A stretch of DNA of 63,242 nucleotides, counting the filler, from Octopus bimaculoides (taxonomy: Eukaryota), in NCBI RefSeq assembly GCF_001194135.2. It is 4 parts of 4 records of this genome, joined end to end, with 100 filler letters (N's around TTAATTAATTAA, not from the genome) between each part and the next. Parts side by side here need not be neighbours in the genome. Positions count along the whole stretch, not along the records: positions 14,537 to 29,964 come from NC_069005.1; positions 30,065 to 53,075 come from NC_068986.1; 2 more parts are not named here. One strand, 5' to 3'. The notes under the pieces were generated by a model. It made no database searches and was not told the DNA's origin. It saw only the letters and a program-made list of their open reading frames with translations. Position numbers and translations under genes: made by a program. Positions 24,400-35,971 of this stretch are shown one piece after another (positions within the stretch are counted from its first letter, which is position 1; each line of letters begins with the position of its first letter).

Positions 24400-24921
24400 C
24401 TCTCCGTTTTGAACCAGCAACCTCTTGACTTTCACACCGACCGCGGGGCCCGGCTTCATAGGACAATTTCAACATAAACGAAAAATTAAATACCTACTTT
24501 TTTTTTATTTCAAAATATTATTTATTCATAGATATTAAAAATATTCGGGAGTACATTTAATTTTTTTTAAAACTCGTCTTTTTTTTTATTCGAAATTTCG
24601 GCATGTGTGTGCGGGTATGTGTATGTTTATGGAAGCATGAAGAAAATAAAATTAAAAAATGAGAGATGGGGTGGATTAAGGAGAGAATTAAAGTCAATAA
24701 TTACATTTAAAATAAAATGAAAATAATTTATTTTATGCCTTGTGAACTTCTCTCTTTGTTTTCTTCACACACACAAAAAACGAAAGAAAGAGATTATGAG
24801 AAGATAGTCCCGCATCAACTGAAGCCAACTTCCGGTGTGCTCCACTTCCGAAACATTCAGTTACTAAGCAACATTATCGATGTCGTTTCCATATGCTTCT
24901 GCTACAGCCACGACTAATGTC
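24400..24921. promoter_or_regulatory. Putative bidirectional promoter/5' UTRs between FAM136A and DYNC2I2
   Basis: Divergent ATGs 522 bp apart. GC-rich patch near 24435-24455, ETS-like ACTTCCGG at 24828-24835 and ACTTCCG at 24844-24850, X-box-like GTTACTAAGCAAC at 24860-24872. Confidence 0.65.
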
Positions 24922-24980
24922 ATGTTTACGGACGAAAATTTAGACCAAGTGAATCTGGACAGCACATGGAGTCAAGACAG
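24922..24980 (+). CDS. DYNC2I2: DYNC2I2/WDR34 (dynein-2 intermediate chain 2) exon 1, coding part
   Basis: ATG 24922 gives MFTDENLDQVNLDSTWSQD(R), GT donor at 24981, phase 2, matching exon 2. An in-frame upstream ATG at 24880 is an alternative start. Confidence 0.75.
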
Positions 24981-25059
24981 GTTAATATATTTATCAGTAA
25001 ACTTGCCTGATCTCTACCTAAACATCAACTTCCTTTGCAGAAACAGAAGGAATCACAGA

Positions 25060-25254
25060 AGGTGCCGAGCTGGCAGAAACGTTTGCACGCCGGGCGAAAT
25101 GCTTCGAGGTATTTCGTCTGCCGCTACGTTCTGAGTTCAAATTCCGCCGAGGTCGATTAAATAAGTACCAGTTACGCACTGGGGACGATATAATCGACTT
25201 AATCCGTTTGTCTGTCCCCTCTGTGTGTAGCCCCTTGTGGGCAGTAAAGAATTA
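25060..25254 (+). mobile_element. SINE family B in DYNC2I2 intron 1 with 15-bp TSD
   Basis: gagctggcagaaacg...ttctgagttcaaattccgccgaggtcga; agaaggaatcacaga at 25045-25059 and 25255-25269. Confidence 0.85.
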
Positions 25255-27374
25255 AGAAGGAATCACAGAGAAACGATATGGTGCATTCGCTAAATGCTAC
25301 AAAACGTCTAAAGTGCGGTTTTGTTATTTATAAAATACACAATAAAACGCTAATTAACTCAGTTTAATTAATCATAGCAATCACTTATGTAAAATGGTGA
25401 TTTATTTTTATAAAACTAGATGAATGTTGCATATCGTTTAGTATGTGGTCCTTTCTGTTTTGTACCAATAATAGGCTCTTTGTTTACGTACAAATTCGAC
25501 GCCTTTGCCTTATATATATATATCGTCAGCAAATCATAAATCCAAAAGATGAAGTTATAGAGCAGTAGAGTATTACGAGACGTATGTAAAGCTAAGCGCT
25601 TTCTAATCGCGAATCCTCGGGTATCTCTACAAACCGGCCATAACTATATTTATCTATCTATCTATCTATCTATCTACACATAATTTGTTTTAATGTCCAC
25701 TTTTCCATGCTTGCATGTGTTAGACGGAATTTGTTGAGGCAAATTTCCTGTAGCCAGATGCTCTTGTCGCCTACAATGACCCCTTTCCAAGTAAGGTAAT
25801 TTTCATTCTGACCAGACAGTGCTTTCACAGAAGATTGAGAATGAAAGATACCCCTGGCATTTACAACTATCAAAGAGTCAAGTGGGGTTCTTTCAATTTC
25901 GGGCTATAATAGAAGACACTTGTTCAAGGCGCCATGCAGAGAGACAGAACCCGTGACCTTGTGGTTAGGAAGTAAACCTTACCACATAGCACTACACTTG
26001 CACGTTAATTTCACGAGCAGGCTGTTCCGTTGATCGGATCAATCAGAACCCTCGACGTCGTAAGCGACGGAGTGCCAACAACAACAATTAATATAACTAA
26101 TGAGTGAGTCATGAATTCTGGCCCCACCCTAAATAATAAAGAAACCTTCCTTCAAAGATATTTTAAAACATGCAACGTGTCATATAGCCAGGGTTAGCCT
26201 CATGTGGGTTGAATATCAAAAAGACATTCTTTCATTGTCAAATAAGAATATATTCCTGATTCACCGAACTTTCATTTTCTCTTGAAATGGCTTTTCAAAG
26301 AAATTCATTTTTTTATGTGTAAGGTTGTGAGTCATTTTATCTTTGTTCATGTTGTTGTTGTTGCAAGTGTGACTCTGTGGTTAAGATGGTTGCTATTCTA
26401 ATTGACTTTGCCCTTCATCCCCCCAGGGGTCAAGGAAAACAAATACTAGGTCGCTAGCTGGATCAATTCATTTGGCTCACCTCCTGCCCTACAAATTTCT
26501 CACCTTCGATCCCTTTTTCAAAATCACCATCATCATTTAACACCCACAAGGGTCGGATAGGATGTGTTGAGGCAGATTTTCTACAGCACCCAGATGCTCT
26601 TCCTGTTACCAACCTTCACCAGATTCTAAGTAAGGTCAATATTTCCCCTCCGTGGCCAGGCATGTTTTCATGGAAGATTGGAAATGAAGGACACTGCTTG
26701 TATGACAGTGACACTCGTCTACAGCTTGCAGATGAAACTATTTTGCTAGTCATCCTTTCAGAGTTGATAAAATATATAACAAGCCCCAAACCATTTCTGA
26801 TTTTGTTTCCATCAACCATTCTAGTCTTCTTATATGGTCTTGTGCCTTTGTTAAAAAATTATTGATATTTTTTCAATATTATTCTGTATTTTCTGGCATG
26901 CAAGTTGAATTTTTCACACCAAAATTTACCGCTAGAAATGGTAGATTTACTTATATGCTAAGATGACTTTGGAAGGTCAAAAATTCGATATGAAATGCAA
27001 AAGGATTTGGAAAGACAGTGGTGATGTTTGAATGTATACACGTGTTTGCAACTATTACATTGAATTGTATGCCAGAAGACCCATTCTCCACAGCAGAGGT
27101 GGTAAGCCCATTCCCCCGGTGAAGAGGATTGATCTGCAAGAGTTGTGTGCCGGTGCCATGCAAAAGCACCCAGCACATTCTGTAAAGTGGTTTGTGTTAG
27201 GAAGGGCATCCAACCATAGAAACTACACCAAATTAGACTGGGGATTGGTGCAGCTCTCCTGCTTGCCTAGCTCTGGTCAAACCCATACCAGCATGGACAA
27301 TGGATGTTAAATGATGATGATGGTAAATCAGATATTTTACACATGAAAAAAAAGATTAATTTTCTTTTTTCTAG

Positions 27375-27459
27375 GGACTGTGTCGAAGCTGGGAACCAGA
27401 CGAAACCATTGTCCGTTAAAGACAGTGCAGCACAGTCGAATTCGAAAGTTGAAAGTGGG
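27375..27459 (+). CDS. DYNC2I2: DYNC2I2/WDR34 exon 2
   Basis: Acceptor tttcttttttctag, donor gtaacg. (R)DCVEAGNQTKPLSVKDSAAQSNSKVESG; phase 2 in and phase 0 out link exons 1 and 3. QT/Q-repeat N-terminal region typical of WDR34. Confidence 0.75.
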
Positions 27460-28813
27460 GTAACGTATATGCTTTGTTTGTTTGTTTGTTTGTTGTTAGT
27501 CTCGGGTCAGTTCTACATGAGCCAACCTACAATACATGGCCTACATGTTTTGAATGACCTACAGATCCAGTGTTCTCTCTGTGAGTGGAGGGAGTTGGTT
27601 ACGACCAAAGTGAAATGTGTAAGAGCTATTGAGGATGAGTGAGGGAGATACTGATCATGGACGCAGAGGCAGAGAATGGCCTCTGTTCCACTCATCATCA
27701 ACTTCACCACCACGGAAACATTAAGCAGGCAATTTTAAAAAAAATTGATGTAAAATTAGTTTGTTAGTCCATTCTCATCTCTGAGAGGTGGGAATGACCA
27801 CTCCCCTTACTTTAATCACAGAAAGTTTTTTAAGGGCTGCTTGTATACTGACAGAATTAAAAGCATTTTGCTTTCTCATGCTATTATTACTATAATGAAT
27901 GAATGATCGCTGATTCAACATGAAAGATTATCACTGCAAAAACTGTAGTATCTTTCTTTTTTTACTTTTCATTTAACAGTCTTTAACTTTTGATAAAATT
28001 TTTAAAATGTTTGTTTAAATAAACCCATTTCAAGAAAGTATCAAGTAGGCTGCAAGATAAAAGTCTAGGTTAGCCAGCCCTGGTGTAGAGGCTCCGTCAC
28101 TCATGGTACTGTTGTAGTGTATGCTTATATATCATTTATATACATGTATGTGTGTGTGTGTGTGTGTGTTTGTCTTCTTGTCTTGATATCACCATCATAG
28201 AAGTGGTGTCTTTTCTTGCCAATCTTTCATGGGGGAAATAAGGTGAAAGTTGGCAACAGGAAAGGCATCCAGTTGTAGAAAATCTGTCTGAATAAACTCC
28301 ATCCAACCCCTGCAAGCATGGAAAAGAGGACGTTACAATGATGCTGATGCTGATACTAGGGGGTCATCTCTTGTATCCTCATGGTTTTACTTTGTCAAGC
28401 CATTCCTACCATCTTGCCTTTTCCCCCCCAGATATGCCGTCCCACCCTTATATAAATGCAGGGTAGCCATGCATCTTCTCCATAGCAAACCGCTTCTGCT
28501 AGTCCTTGGCATAAAATAAAATCTCATCTCCACCTCAAATACTTCCCCCTACTTAGTCCCTTGTCCCCTTTTTTCTCCTTTCTTCTTTCCTGTCTTGCCA
28601 GTTGTTTGGCAACCCCTCTTGTGCCGGTGGCATGAAAAAGGCACTCAGTACATATTGTATAGGGGTTGGCATAAAGCTTGATGTGGCTCATTGGTTCCTG
28701 TCAAACCATCCAACCCAAGCCAGCACGGAAAGCAGATGTTAAATGATGATGATGATGATGACTATCCCCTACGTTGTTGTGATTCTTCAATGTTTGGTTA
28801 TTTAAATACACAG

Positions 28814-28952
28814 AGTCAGACCACAAAAAACACAGCGGCACCGATGGTAATTATGAAAGATGATTCTCCTCAGTTGGCAGCATTCCTCAAGAAGATGGAA
28901 CCACTTGTGTACAAAGAATTGGAGAAAAATGCCAAAAGCCAAGCATTTCAAG
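28814..28952 (+). CDS. DYNC2I2: DYNC2I2/WDR34 exon 3
   Basis: Acceptor acacag, donor gttagt. SQTTKNTAAPMVIMKDDSPQLAAFLKKMEPLVYKELEKNAKSQAFQ(G) matches the recalled WDR34 motif [28 protein letters not shown]. Confidence 0.88.
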
Positions 28953-29964
28953 GTTAGTCCAGATTCCATTTACCATCCTTCATTGCATCACATGACTGGT
29001 TATTCCAGTTGATTTGTTAATCTTAATCAGTGGATTTCTTAATCCAGTTAGTTACAGGGATGGGCTATGTGATGAAAAAGTTTGTTTCCCAAGCACATAG
29101 TTTCAGGTAACAGGGGATCCAAACCACGAAACCACATGATGCCCCAAGTCACTTAATAAGCCCAGTGATATAGAAAACAAGTCTTTGGCCAATTATTGGA
29201 GTAATTGTGCCAGTTCGAATGACTGAAGGATACTTTGTGCCAAAATGTCTTCTACTTTAGTCTTGTGATTGGGTTTTGTTGATGGAAACGGGAAGCAACA
29301 TTAACATCATCTAACGTCCTTTCTTATTTTCCATTCTGGAATGGATTGGATGGTTTGACAAGAACGGATAATCCAGAGGACTGAGCCATTTTTCTATAAC
29401 TCTTTTGGCATCCAGTTTCTGCAGTTTGATGTCCTTTCTTAACACCAGCCACATAACAGAGTGTACTGGGTGCCTTTGATAAGAGCAACTGTTAACAGCA
29501 CAAAACGGTGCTGTTAATTCTTCAGCAACCTGGGTTAACAGCACCATTTTGAGGGCATGGATGCTTGCTGTTGAATGTGAGAGAGCGTTGGGGTTCGATT
29601 TTTACGGTTCTTTTCAGTTTGTCAGTGTTCTCTTCTGAATGTTGCAGGTTACCAAGTCAATTGGCAAGACGAGTCGCCATCAGTCAATGAGCAGCATGTT
29701 TTCACCCATGATGCATTTAGGGGCCAGGTAGGTGTTTATGAGCTTTAATCAAATACATGTTCTTCAGGGCATGGGGGGGGGGAGTGAATATTTATATAGG
29801 TGCAGGAGTGGCTGTGTGGTAAGTAGCTTGCTTACCAGCCACATGGTTCCGGGTTCAGTCCCACTGCATGGCACCTTGGGTAAGTGTCTTCTACTATAGC
29901 CTCGGGTCGACCAAAGCCTTGTGAGTGGATTTGGTAGACGGAAACTGAAAGAAGCCCATCGTAT

Positions 29965-30064
29965 NNNNNNNNNNNNNNNNNNNNNNNNNNNNNNNNNNNN
30001 NNNNNNNNTTAATTAATTAANNNNNNNNNNNNNNNNNNNNNNNNNNNNNNNNNNNNNNNNNNNN
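29965..30064. other. Artificial assembly spacer 44N-TTAATTAATTAA-44N
   Basis: Same layout as 14437-14536. Confidence 0.92.
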
Positions 30065-33000
30065 TAACAAACATCGTCATCAAATATTTTCATCAAACAA
30101 CTTCAAACATATTCATGAAACGTCATCGTTAAATGTCATGAAACAGCGACATCCATCAAACACTTTGAAACATCTTCAAACATTTTCATCAAATATTTTC
30201 ATCAAACATTTTTATCAAACATATTCATCAAACGTTTTTGATAAAGATGATTGATGGATGTTTGATGAAAATTTTTTCCACAAACCAAACATTTTCATCA
30301 AACATTATCATGAAACATCTTGAAATATCTTCCTCAGCAATAAAAATCGTCATGGAACAATTTAACAAAAATCATCATCAAACATTTTCCTCAAACACCT
30401 TGAAACATTTTCATCAGACATCAACATTAAATGTCATGAAATACCGACATCCATCAAACTCAAACATCGTCATTAAACATTTTCCTGAGACATGAGATAA
30501 GAGAACATCTTCATCAAACACTTGGAAGCATCAAACGTCTTTGTTAAAAATTTTCATCAAACATCGTCATCAAGCATTTTCATCAAACATCATCATCATA
30601 CATCTACAAACATTTCATAATGTTTCAAACATTGTCATCAAACATTATCATCAAATACTTTCCTTCAAACGTCTTCAAACATCTTCATGAAACATCTTCA
30701 TTAGCACTAAAAATACGTCATGAAACACGTTTAACATCGTCATCAAACATCTTTATCAAACATCTTCAAACATTTTCATCAAACATCATCGTCAAATGTC
30801 ATGAAACACCGACATCCATCAAAGATCTTCATCAAACAATTTGAAGCATCAAATGTTTTTGCCAAACATCTTCAAACATTTTCATCAAATATTTCCATCA
30901 AACATTTTCATCAAACATTTTCATCAAATATTTTCATCAAACATTTTTATGAAACATCTTCATTAAACGTGTTTGATAAAGATGATTGATGGATATTTGA
31001 TGAAAATATTTTCCCCAAACCAAATATTTTCATCAAACATTTTCCTTCAAACCTCTTCAAACATATTCTTGTGACATCATTAGCACTAAAAATTCGTCGT
31101 GAAACATTTTAACGAACATCGTCAAACATTTTTAACATAAATTTTCAGCAAACATCATAGTCAAATGTCATGAAACCCCGAACATTTTGAAGCAGCAAAT
31201 GTTTTTGCGAAACATCTTCATACATTTTCATCATATATTTCCCTCAAACAATTTCATCAAACATTTTCATCAAATATCTTCATCAAATATTTTTATCAAA
31301 CATCTTCAAACGTGTTTGATAAACATGAATGATGGATGTTTGATGAAAACATTTTCCACAAACCAAACATTTTCATCAATCATTATCATCAAACATCTTC
31401 AAACGTCATCAAACATCTTCATGAAACACTTTGAAGCATCAAAAGTTTTTGCCAAACATCTTCAAACATTTTCATGAAACATTTTTAAAAAACATCTTCA
31501 TCAAACGTGTTTGATAAAAACGATTGATGTATGTTTGATGAAAATATTTTTCCCAAACCAAAAATGTTCATCAAACATTATCATCCAAACATCTTCCTCC
31601 AAACGTCTTCAAACTTCTTCATGAAACATCTTCATTAGCCCTAAAAATTCATCATGAAACATTTGTGAAAAACATCGTCATGAAACATTTTCAACAAACA
31701 TTTACATGAAACATCATCAAATATTTTCATCAAACATCTTCAAACATTTTCATCAACGTACGTTCGTTCTGCCGGAGAGCTACGGAGCTTCGTCCGTTGC
31801 TCTTGTTTTCAACGTACGTTCGTTCTGCCGGGGAGTTACGCAACTTCGTCCGTTGCTCTTGTTTCCAACATACGTTCGTTCTGCCGGAGAGCTATGGAGC
31901 TTCGTCCGTTGCTCTTGTTTTCAACGTACGTTCGTTCTGCCGGAGAGCTACTGAGCTTCGTCCGTTGCTTTTGTTTTCAACGTACGTTCGTTCTGCCGGA
32001 GAGCTACGGAGCTTCGTCCGTTGCTCTTGTTTTCAACGTACGTTTGTTCTGCCGGAGAGCTACGGAGCTTCGTCCGTTGCTCTTGTTTTCAACGTACGTT
32101 CGTTTTGCCGGAGAGCTACGGAGCTTCGTCCGTTNNNNNNNNNNNNNNNNNNNNNNNNNNNNNNNNNNNNNNNNNNNNNNNNNNNNNNNNNNNNNNNNNN
32201 NNNNNNNNNNNNNNNNNNNNNNNNNNNNNNNNNNNNNNNNNNNNNNNNNNNNNNNNNNNNNNNNNNNNNNNNNNNNNNNNNNNNNNNNNNNNNNNNNNNN
32301 NNNNNNNNNNNNNNNNNNNNNNNNNNNNNNNNNNNNNNNNNNNNNNNNNNNNNNNNNNNNNNNNNNNNNNNNNNNNNNNNNNNNNNNNNNNNNNNNNNNN
32401 NNNNNNNNNNNNNNNNNNNNNNNNNNNNNNNNNNNNNNNNNNNNNNNNNNNNNNNNNNNNNNNNNNNNNNNNNNNNNNNNNNNNNNNNNNNNNNNNNNNN
32501 NNNNNNNNNNNNNNNNNNNNNNNNNNNNNNNNNNNNNNNNNNNNNNNNNNNNNNNNNNNNNNNNNNNNNNNNNNNNNNNNNNNNNNNNNNNNNNNNNNNN
32601 NNNNNNNNNNNNNNNNNNNNNNNNNNNNNNNNNNNNNNNNGTCCGTTGCTCTTGTTTTCAACGTATGTACGTTTTGCCGGAGAGCTACGGAGCTTCGTCC
32701 GTTGCTCTTGTTTTCAACGTACGTTCGTTCTGCCGGAGAGCTACGGAGCTCCGTCCGTTGCTCTTGTTTTCAACGTACGTTCGTTCTGCCAGGGAGCTAC
32801 GGAGCTTCGTCCGTTGCTCTTGTTTTCAACATACGTTCGTTCTGCCGGAGAGCTACCGAGCTTCGTCCGTTGCTCTTGTTGTCAACGTACGTTCGTTCTG
32901 CCGGAGTGCTACGGAGCTTCGTCCGTTGCTCTTGTTTTCAACGTACGTTCGTTCTGTCGGAGAGCTGCGGAGCTTCGTCCGTTGCTCTTGTTTTTAACGT

Positions 33001-34180
33001 ACGTTCGTTGTGCCGGAGAGCTGCGGAGCTTCGTCCTTGCTCTTGTTTTTAAGATGTTTGATAAAAATGTTTGATGAAAATATTTGATATAATGTTTGAT
33101 GAAATTGTTTGATTGAAATATATGATGAAAATGTTTGAAGATGTTTGGCAAAAACATTTGATGCTTCAAAATGTTCGGTGTTTCATGACATTTGACTATG
33201 ATGTTTGCTGAAAATCTTTGTTAAAAATGTTTGACGATGTTTGTTAAAATATTTCATGACGAATTTTTAGTGCTAATGATGTCTCATGAAGATGTTTGAA
33301 GAGGTTTGAAGGAAAATGTTTGATGAAAATGTTTGGTTTGGGGAGAATATTTTCATCAAACATCCATCAATCATCTTTTTCAAACACGTTTAATGAAGAT
33401 GTTTGATGGATGTCGGTGTTTCATGACATTTGAGGATGACGTTTGATGAAAATGTTTGAAGATGTTTGATGAAAATGTTTGATGACGATGTTTGATAAAA
33501 ATGTCTTATGACGTATTTTTAGTGCTAATGAAGACGTTTCATGAAGATGTTTGAAGTAGTTTGAAGGAAAGTTTTTGATGATAATGTTTGATCACAATGC
33601 TTGAAACTTTATCGAATGTTTGTAGATGTATGATGATGATGTTTGATGAAAATACTTGATGACGATGTTTGATGAGAATGTTTGACAAAGACATTTGATG
33701 CTTCAAAGTATTTGATGAAGTTGTTCTCTTATATTATGTCTCAGGAAAATGTTTGATGACGATGTTTGATGTTTGATAGATGTCGGTATTTCAGGACATT
33801 TAATGATGATGTTTGATGAAAATATTTCAAGGTGTTTGATGTAAATGTTTGATGGTGATGTTTGTTAAATTGTTTCATGAAGATGTTTATTGCTAATGAA
33901 GATATTTCAAGATGTTTCATGATAATGATTGATGAAAATGTTTGGTTTGGGGAAAATATTTTCATGAAACATACATCAATCGTCTTTATCAAACACGTTT
34001 GATGAAGATGTTTGTTAAAAATGTTTCATGAAAATGTTTCATGAAAGTGTTTGAAGATGTTTGGCAAAGACATTTGATGCTTCAAAGAGTTTGATGAAGA
34101 TGTTGGATGGATGTCGGTGATTCAGGACATATAACGATGATCTTTGATGAAAATATTTGAAGATGTTTGATAAAAACGAT
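30065..34180. mobile_element. Foldback-like element: long modular inverted arms around a tandem-repeat core
   Basis: Left arm 30065-31753 (catcaaacat-type subrepeats) and right arm 33051-34180 (atgtttgatg-type) are colinear reverse complements; core is a 56-bp array. Confidence 0.7.
31754..33050. repeat. 56-bp minisatellite (about 14 units visible, about 23 if the 506-N gap size is right)
   Basis: Unit caacgtacgttcgttctgccggagagctacggagcttcgtccgttgctcttgtttt; units differ by only a few substitutions. Confidence 0.95.
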
Positions 34181-34458
34181 GTGACTGGGAAGCAGACTTC
34201 TTACGAAATAGCCACACCTGTGCCTGTTATTTTCACTCCTCGCTTGGCCTTTATTGGAGAGTCCGCTAATAAGAATATAATTTCAAGCGCATGACTACAG
34301 ACACGAATATGATCAGTTTCTCATCTTTCTATCTCTTCTGCGTAATGCTTCTAATGATTGTTCTATTAATTTACGTTACTAGCAGAAAACCGATTTCGGA
34401 ATTTGAGAGCGGACTCTCCCGAGACAACGGCACTTTCAAACATCATATAAGCTGTAAA

Positions 34459-34490
<32 letters not shown>

Positions 34491-34500
34491 NNNNNNNNNN

Positions 34501-34546
<46 letters not shown>

Positions 34547-34913
34547 CATTATTCAGTTTTATTTCAAGATATATATGTGTGTGTGTATGCATGTATATGT
34601 GCATGTATATATTCATTCAAAATATGAATACGTGTGTGCGAGAGCAAGCGTATGTATTTTACAAAACTTGAGATACGTAATTTCATACGTGTTATTCCTT
34701 TCTAAGGTGTAGCGTACCGTTGGCGTTATTTCTATTGGTGATTCATATTCAGTAACATGAAACTCCAATTTACATATCATAATATACGTATGTGTTTGTT
34801 CTTACTATTGAAGGTTACATGAGATTAGTACATACTTCTAATTTAAATACAATACATACACCTCCAATGTTTGCTAGTATAATAGTCTGAGTAAATTGTT
34901 TCATTATTTCTGA

Positions 34914-35008
<95 letters not shown>

Positions 35009-35926
35009 AGGTTATCAAAGGTAATGGTGTCAAGAAGACCTAAAGGTGTCAGGTAATGTTGAGTAAGTGCTATAGACAGATTATAGTTAAGCTTAACCAT
35101 TTTTTCACACCGTATCCGAATCCGAGGAAGGGATATATAAAATATCCCGGAAACAGCTGTAAGATCTTCTCGTTATAAATGTTCTGAAATCTCATTGTGT
35201 TAATTTTATATATATATATGTGTATGTACATAAATTGTTGCGATATTTTGATGATGATGATGATGATGATGTTTAACCCGCAGGTAATCTCTGATGGAGT
35301 AGTCTTATACAGCAAATACTTGACCCAACGACTGACTAGGCGTCCTCCTCGTACTCACTGCTTTCTTTTATGAAGTTACAACGTATCCCTATTTGGTTTG
35401 AAGATCATATTGCATACTCCGACCTGCAGCAATAAATTGTTTGAAGTGAAGCAGTGTTACAGTCTAGACATGTTGCACGCTCTTCGTTGTTCTTTCTCTT
35501 TCTGTACGTACACGACTATAATGATAACCCACTGCAGAGTCGGACAAGGTGAACATGTTTAAGAAATCGATGGTTGTTGTTACTCTATAATGAAACCCTG
35601 TACGCGCTCTCTCGGTTTTCACAGTTGCTGCCAAATCTTCTTCAAATTCTACCTTATCATCTTTAAAATAGATTTTTCAGATAATCATGAATATACATCA
35701 GAACAAAAAAGAAAAAAAAAAAAGAAAAATAAAGAAATGGTTATGATATGAATATCATTTGAATGATGTAAGTTCGTCACACAGAAATATTTTTCACGGG
35801 CAGACGACATCAGAATACGAAAGAAGCAACAATCTTATGCGTAAATATTGTGCGTTGACGTATATTATAAGTATATGCACGGATACAGACATACAACACA
35901 AATATATAAAAACGCCCATTTACATA

Positions 35927-35971
<45 letters not shown>

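Noticed and set aside
31754-33050. 56-bp array as a CRISPR array or hammerhead satellite
   Set aside because: No unique spacers or cas genes, eukaryotic context, and no CUGANGA core on either strand.
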